Assembly: GCA_045634385.1 (NCBI GenBank)
Contig: JAZRAE010000084.1
Coordinates: forward strand, 13,425 to 77,424
DNA length: 64,000 nucleotides
From: Eubacteriales bacterium
GTDB taxonomy: Bacteria > Bacillota > Clostridia > Oscillospirales > CAG-272
Direction: 5' to 3'
A program made the translations under genes and the position numbers. Of this stretch, positions 59,175 to 64,000 are shown piece by piece (within the stretch, counting starts at the first letter, position 1; every line of letters begins with the position of its first letter). The notes under the pieces were generated by a model that did no database searches, had not been told where the DNA came from, and saw only the letters and a list, made by a program, of their open reading frames with translations.

Positions 59175-61805
59175 ATGAGAAAAGAACTCGCAAAGAATTA
59201 CAACCCCTCCGAGTTTGAGGACAGACTCTACTCAGAGTGGTGCGACAAGGGCTATTTCAAGCCCGATCCCGATGAAAAGAAGAAACCCTTTTCAATAGTT
59301 ATTCCTCCGCCAAACGTTACCGGTCAGCTCCATATGGGACATGCTCTTGACGAAACGCTTCAGGATATACTCGTAAGAACCAAGCGTATGCAGGGCTACT
59401 CCACGCTTTGGGTACCCGGTACCGACCACGCGGGTATTGCAACTCAGATCAAGGTTGAGGAAAGACTCCGTGTTGACGAGGGGCTTTCCCGTTACGATCT
59501 CGGACGTGAAAAGTTCCTTGAGAGGGTATGGGATTGGAAGGATTCCTATGAGGCAAGAATCACCGGTCAGCTCAAGAAGCTCGGTGCATCCTGCGACTGG
59601 TCCCGTCAGAGATTCACTATGGACGAGGGCTGCTCAAGGGCGGTTCGCGAGGTGTTCGTTAACCTCTATGACAAGGGCCTCATCTATCGCGGACACAGAA
59701 TAATAAATTGGTGCCCCCGTTGTCTTACAGCGCTTTCCGACGCAGAAGTTGAGTACAAGGATCAGCCCGGCAACTTCTGGCACATCAAATACCCCATAAA
59801 GGGCGAGGATGCTTACGTTGAGATTGCTACCACCCGTCCCGAGACTATGTTTGGCGATACCGCCGTTGCGGTTAACCCCGAGGATGAGAACACCAAGCAT
59901 CTTATTGGTAAGACTCTCATTCTCCCCATCGTTGGCAGAGAGATTCCTGTTATCGCAGACGATTACGTTGAGATTGGATTTGGTACCGGTTGCGTAAAGA
60001 TTACTCCTGCTCACGACCCCAACGACTTCCTCGTTGGTCAAAGACACAACCTCGAGCAGATCAAGGTTATGAATGATGATGCTACCATGAACTCCTACGC
60101 AGGTAAGTATGAGGGCATGGACAGATATACTTGCCGTAAGGCACTTGTTGCAGATCTTGAGGCAGAGGGCTATCTTGTTAAGACAGAACCCCACGCACAC
60201 AACGTCGGTACCTGTTACCGTTGCGGCACTACCGTTGAGCCTCTTACTTCCGATCAGTGGTTCGTTAAGATGAAGCCCCTTGCAGCTCCCGCTATTGAAG
60301 CGGTAGAAAACGGATCTATTAAGTTTGTTCCCGAGAGGTTCTCCAAGAACTACTTTAACTGGATGAACAACATCCTCGACTGGTGTATTTCCCGTCAGCT
60401 TTGGTGGGGTCATAGAATTCCTGCCTTCTACTGTGACGAGTGTGGTCATATGGAGGTTTCTAAAGTAGATATCGACACCTGTCCCAAGTGCGGCGGCAAG
60501 GTTAGACAGGAAGAGGACGTTCTTGATACGTGGTTCTCCTCGGCACTTTGGCCCTTCTCGACTCTCGGTTGGCCCGATAAGACCGAAGATCTTTCACGCT
60601 ACTATCCTACTTCCGCTCTCGTTACCGGCTACGATATCATTACCTTCTGGGTGTCGAGAATGATCTTCTCCGGTCTTGAGCATATGGGTGTGAAGCCCTT
60701 CAGTACCGTATTCATCCACGGCCTCGTTAGAGACGCACAGGGCAGAAAGATGTCCAAGTCGCTCGGCAACGGTATTGATCCCCTTGAAATTATTGATAAG
60801 TACGGTGCTGACGCACTTCGTTTTGCACTTGCAACCGGCAACGCTCCCGGCAACGATATGAGATTCTCCGATGAGAAGATCGAGGCAGCGCGTAACTTTG
60901 CAAACAAGCTTTGGAACGCATCTCGCTTCGTTCTTATGAATCTCAAGAATGATGACGAAACATTACTCACCGAGCCGAAGACCGAGGATCTCAAGATAGA
61001 GGATAAGTGGATTCTTTCCCGTCTTAACGAGCTTATTAAGAGCGTAAATAATAACATTGAGAATTATGAGCTTGGTATCGCACTTGCAGAGATATATTCC
61101 TTCACTTGGGATCTGTTCTGCGACTGGTATATTGAGATGGTTAAGAGCCGATTCTTCGAGGGTGGCGAGACCGCACTCACCGCAGAGAGGGTACTCGTAA
61201 AGGTTCTTACTGCGATCCTTAAGCTCCTTCATCCCTATATGCCCTTCATTACCGAGGAGATCTATCAAGCTATTCCTCACGAGTGCGAGAGCATAGTTAT
61301 CGAGAACTATCCCGAGTATGATCCCACTCTTAACTTCAAGGAGGACGAAGGTCATATCGATAGAATTATTACCGCTATTACCGCGATCAGAGCGCGCCGT
61401 CAGGAGATGAACGTACCTCCCTCAAAGAAGGCGAAGCTCTACGTTGTTACCAAGTATCAGGATACCTTCAAGAGCGCTGAAAAGATTATCGAGAAGCTTG
61501 CTTCCGCTTCCGAGGTTATCCTTACCGATTCTTACGATTCCGACGATGCAGTTATGATTGCTACCGATTCCGGCTCTCTCTACATTCCTCTTTCCGAGGT
61601 TATCGACTTTGAGAAGGAGAAGGCTCGTCTTACCGCTGAGATGAAGAAGAACGAGGGCGAGATCGAGAGACTCGAGAAGAAGCTTTCCAACGAGGGCTTC
61701 GTTGCTAAGGCTCCCGCTGCCGTTATTGAGGGTGAGAAGGCTAAGCTCGCTAAGTATCTTGAAACAAGAGCTTCACTTACTGCAGCTCTCGAAAAACTCG
61801 GTTGA
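59175..61805 (+). CDS. valS: Valine--tRNA ligase
   Basis: [30 protein letters not shown]-terminal coiled coil. Confidence 0.97.
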   Translation: MRKELAKNYNPSEFEDRLYSEWCDKGYFKPDPDEKKKPFSIVIPPPNVTGQLHMGHALDETLQDILVRTKRMQGYSTLWVPGTDHAGIATQIKVEERLRVDEGLSRYDLGREKFLERVWDWKDSYEARITGQLKKLGASCDWSRQRFTMDEGCSRAVREVFVNLYDKGLIYRGHRIINWCPRCLTALSDAEVEYKDQPGNFWHIKYPIKGEDAYVEIATTRPETMFGDTAVAVNPEDENTKHLIGKTLILPIVGREIPVIADDYVEIGFGTGCVKITPAHDPNDFLVGQRHNLEQIKVMNDDATMNSYAGKYEGMDRYTCRKALVADLEAEGYLVKTEPHAHNVGTCYRCGTTVEPLTSDQWFVKMKPLAAPAIEAVENGSIKFVPERFSKNYFNWMNNILDWCISRQLWWGHRIPAFYCDECGHMEVSKVDIDTCPKCGGKVRQEEDVLDTWFSSALWPFSTLGWPDKTEDLSRYYPTSALVTGYDIITFWVSRMIFSGLEHMGVKPFSTVFIHGLVRDAQGRKMSKSLGNGIDPLEIIDKYGADALRFALATGNAPGNDMRFSDEKIEAARNFANKLWNASRFVLMNLKNDDETLLTEPKTEDLKIEDKWILSRLNELIKSVNNNIENYELGIALAEIYSFTWDLFCDWYIEMVKSRFFEGGETALTAERVLVKVLTAILKLLHPYMPFITEEIYQAIPHECESIVIENYPEYDPTLNFKEDEGHIDRIITAITAIRARRQEMNVPPSKKAKLYVVTKYQDTFKSAEKIIEKLASASEVILTDSYDSDDAVMIATDSGSLYIPLSEVIDFEKEKARLTAEMKKNEGEIERLEKKLSNEGFVAKAPAAVIEGEKAKLAKYLETRASLTAALEKLG

Positions 61806-61835
61806 TCTGTAATTTGTAAAAATAGGTTTACAAAA

Positions 61836-62744
61836 ATGACTGATTTTATCAAAAATCCTTGCGATAAGGAAAACAAAGTTTTGTATAAAGGCTTTTATGG
61901 GGACGTCGCTGATATAAGCGTCGTCCGCGTAGAAGAGGGGATTGAGGAAATAGGCGAAAATGCCTTTCGCGATTGTGAGTCGATTTGCGAGGTCTATCTT
62001 CCAAGATCGCTTAAAAAGATCTCGGCTTGCGCTTTTGCAGGATGTAAGAATCTTAAAAGGGTGTATATGGAGCTTGGTCTTATTGAGATTGGAGATGAAG
62101 CATTCTCCGGTTGCTCGTCTATTTACGACGTCAATATTCCCGATAGCGTTAAAAGGATAGGTGAAGGTGCTTTTGAAGGATGTGCAAGTCTTACTAAGGT
62201 GAAGCTCTCCGAGTCGCTCTACATTATTGGCGCAGGTGCGTTTGCTTATTGCTTCAACCTCGCGGAAATAACAATACCGGACTCTTGTGTGCTTGTTGAA
62301 TTCAATTGTTTTTATTCCTGCTTTTCGCTTGAAGCGGTGAAACTCTCTGATAATATGGGTCTTATCGATGACTGCACATTTGAGGGCTGCCGCTCTCTTA
62401 CGGTTGTGGATATGCCTGTGAAACTCAAGAAGATAGGCCGCAGAGCTTTTGCAGGATGCACATCTCTCCGCTCGCTCATTCTTCCCGTTGGTACTTCGTC
62501 AATAGGACTTGACGCATTTTTCGGTTGCTCGTCCTTGTCTCGCATAGCCATTCCAAAAAGACTTGCCGAGCTTGAGGATATCGAACTGTTTAACGGTTGT
62601 GATTTGCTTACCGAGATATCCTTCGGCGGTGACGAAAGATTATTTGAAAATCTTACACGGGGCAGGGCTATTACCGTGCAAAGAAGTGACCTTTCCACTC
62701 ACACACCAAAAATAACTTTTATGGATTTGAAAGATGAAATATAA
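61836..62744 (+). CDS. BspA-type leucine-rich repeat protein (no signal peptide)
   Basis: About 10 repeats of P.SL..IG..AF.GC.SL. Confidence 0.85.
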   Translation: MTDFIKNPCDKENKVLYKGFYGDVADISVVRVEEGIEEIGENAFRDCESICEVYLPRSLKKISACAFAGCKNLKRVYMELGLIEIGDEAFSGCSSIYDVNIPDSVKRIGEGAFEGCASLTKVKLSESLYIIGAGAFAYCFNLAEITIPDSCVLVEFNCFYSCFSLEAVKLSDNMGLIDDCTFEGCRSLTVVDMPVKLKKIGRRAFAGCTSLRSLILPVGTSSIGLDAFFGCSSLSRIAIPKRLAELEDIELFNGCDLLTEISFGGDERLFENLTRGRAITVQRSDLSTHTPKITFMDLKDEI

Positions 62745-63396
62745 ATGTCTTGTACTTGACCACGATGATACCGTGGTAGCCAGCTCGGAGACTATTCACT
62801 ATCCCTCATTTATTGCATACCTTGAGGACTACCGTCCCGAGTTGGTGAAAAACTACACTTTTGAGAGCTTTATTGTTAAGAACTTCGACCCTGGTATAGT
62901 TTCCTTGCTTGCCGACGAGGTTGGACTTAATGATGAAGAGATGAAACACGAGGAAAAATATTGGCTCGATTTTATAGAGACAAGATTCCCGAAGGTATAT
63001 GAGGGGATGTCCGAGATCATCTCTGACTTCAAGGCGCGTGGCGGTATAGTTGCCGTCGCCTCCCATTCTATGACTCACTATATCGTGCGTGACTATGAGC
63101 ATAATAATCTTCCTATGCCCGATACTATTTACGGCTGGGATATTCCCAAAGAGAACAGGAAACCGAGTCCTTGGTGTATTCTCGATCTTTGTGAGAAGTA
63201 CGATCTTCGACCTGAGGAGATACTTGTCGTTGACGATTTGAAGCCCGGTTACGATATGGCTCGCGGCGGCGGTGCACATTTTGCTGCGGCAGGGTGGGCG
63301 TACGATGTACCCGAGATCAAAGAGTTTATGAAGAAAAATTGCGACTACTATCTTGAATGTGTTGGAGAGCTCAAAGCTCTGCTTAGCGAAGAATAA
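62734..63396 (+). CDS. HAD-family hydrolase
   Basis: LDHDDT, KPSP, VDDLKPG. Confidence 0.8.
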   Translation: MKYKCLVLDHDDTVVASSETIHYPSFIAYLEDYRPELVKNYTFESFIVKNFDPGIVSLLADEVGLNDEEMKHEEKYWLDFIETRFPKVYEGMSEIISDFKARGGIVAVASHSMTHYIVRDYEHNNLPMPDTIYGWDIPKENRKPSPWCILDLCEKYDLRPEEILVVDDLKPGYDMARGGGAHFAAAGWAYDVPEIKEFMKKNCDYYLECVGELKALLSEE

Positions 63397-63449
63397 TAGC
63401 ACCCGTGTAGCGTTTTACACTATAATACACTTATAGGAGGTGAAGAAAT

Positions 63450-63734
63450 ATGAAATATCAAGCATTAAAAAGAATATGTGCTTTTTGCTGTCTTATATTG
63501 ATTATTGCTTACGCCTCCGTTGTTTTTTTACCGCATAATCACGGTTGCCCTGAAACGGATTGTACTGCGTGTGCAATAATAAAAATATCAAGCGAGTTTT
63601 TGCTCGGTATTTTATTTGTCAGCGGAGTATTCCGACTGATTAAATGCGTGTTATGTAAAAACAACATTCACTTTATTATTCCGTTCCTCCGCGAGATTAC
63701 TCCGGTTGGACTTAAGGTGAAGCTTTCGGATTAA
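63450..63734 (+). CDS. Small membrane protein with an H.H.C....C..C motif (DUF2946-like)
   Basis: AGGAGG RBS; two hydrophobic segments flanking HNHGCPETDCTAC. Confidence 0.6.
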   Translation: MKYQALKRICAFCCLILIIAYASVVFLPHNHGCPETDCTACAIIKISSEFLLGILFVSGVFRLIKCVLCKNNIHFIIPFLREITPVGLKVKLSD

Positions 63735-63779
63735 ACAACTCCTTTTATTTGGAATGTTTAATTTGAAAGGAGTTTAATA

Positions 63780-64000
63780 ATGATAGAAATCAAAGGTCTT
63801 GGGAAACAATTTCAAAACGAAACCGAGATCAATTATAAAGATATAGTTTTTGAAACCGGAAAATCCTATATGCTTCTCGGAGCATCCGGTTGCGGAAAGT
63901 CCACACTGCTGAATATGATAGCAGGCATCCTTTCTCCGACGAGGGGATCGATTATTATTGACGGAGCGGATATGAGTGCCGCTTCACAGAAGACAAAGGA
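63780..64000 (+). CDS. ABC transporter ATP-binding protein (5' part, truncated by the window edge)
   Basis: AAAGGAG RBS; ATG at 63780; MIEIKGLGKQF...LLGASGCGKSTLLN Walker A. Confidence 0.85.
   Translation, partial: MIEIKGLGKQFQNETEINYKDIVFETGKSYMLLGASGCGKSTLLNMIAGILSPTRGSIIIDGADMSAASQKTK

Noticed and set aside
12375-63402. Many long antisense or alternate-frame ORFs in the track (e.g. 19443-20267, 37589-38377, 54354-55121, 59634-60449)
   Set aside because: They lie opposite well-supported genes, lack motifs and RBS, and are expected shadows of codon bias.
1-64000. tRNA, rRNA, IS transposase, reverse transcriptase or restriction-modification/defence genes
   Set aside because: None recognised by eye in the ORF track or intergenic regions; a tRNAscan/Rfam/DefenseFinder run would be needed to exclude them formally.

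Overview
Chromosomal DNA of a Firmicute, most likely a Clostridia-class anaerobe (inferred from a T-box leader, sepF/ylmG/ylmH, Mini-III, TrmK and sigma-A promoters). Positions 1-11.9 kb hold a tightly coupled minus-strand virion-assembly operon of short-tailed (podovirus-like) design: terS, terL, portal, putative ejection protein, small ORF, scaffold, capsid decoration, major capsid, adaptor, a nozzle with an inserted BspA-type LRR domain, a fibre-base-like stub and membrane proteins. It starts about 380 bp behind a host ABC-F gene. No integrase, repressor, replication gene or att site is visible on that side, and a structured 5' leader could occlude the terS RBS. This is the best candidate for an undescribed system: a domesticated, gene-transfer-agent-like particle. 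Its left end runs off the window, so a permuted or decayed prophage cannot be excluded. The remaining 52 kb is mostly housekeeping and carbohydrate genes. Smaller signals include ARG boxes, an XRE islet between twin terminators, a DnaA-box cluster without dnaA, a tandem REP-like repeat, a frameshift-free prfB with a structured uORF leader, and a chimeric pseudogene. All functional calls come from motif recognition by eye; no database search was run.
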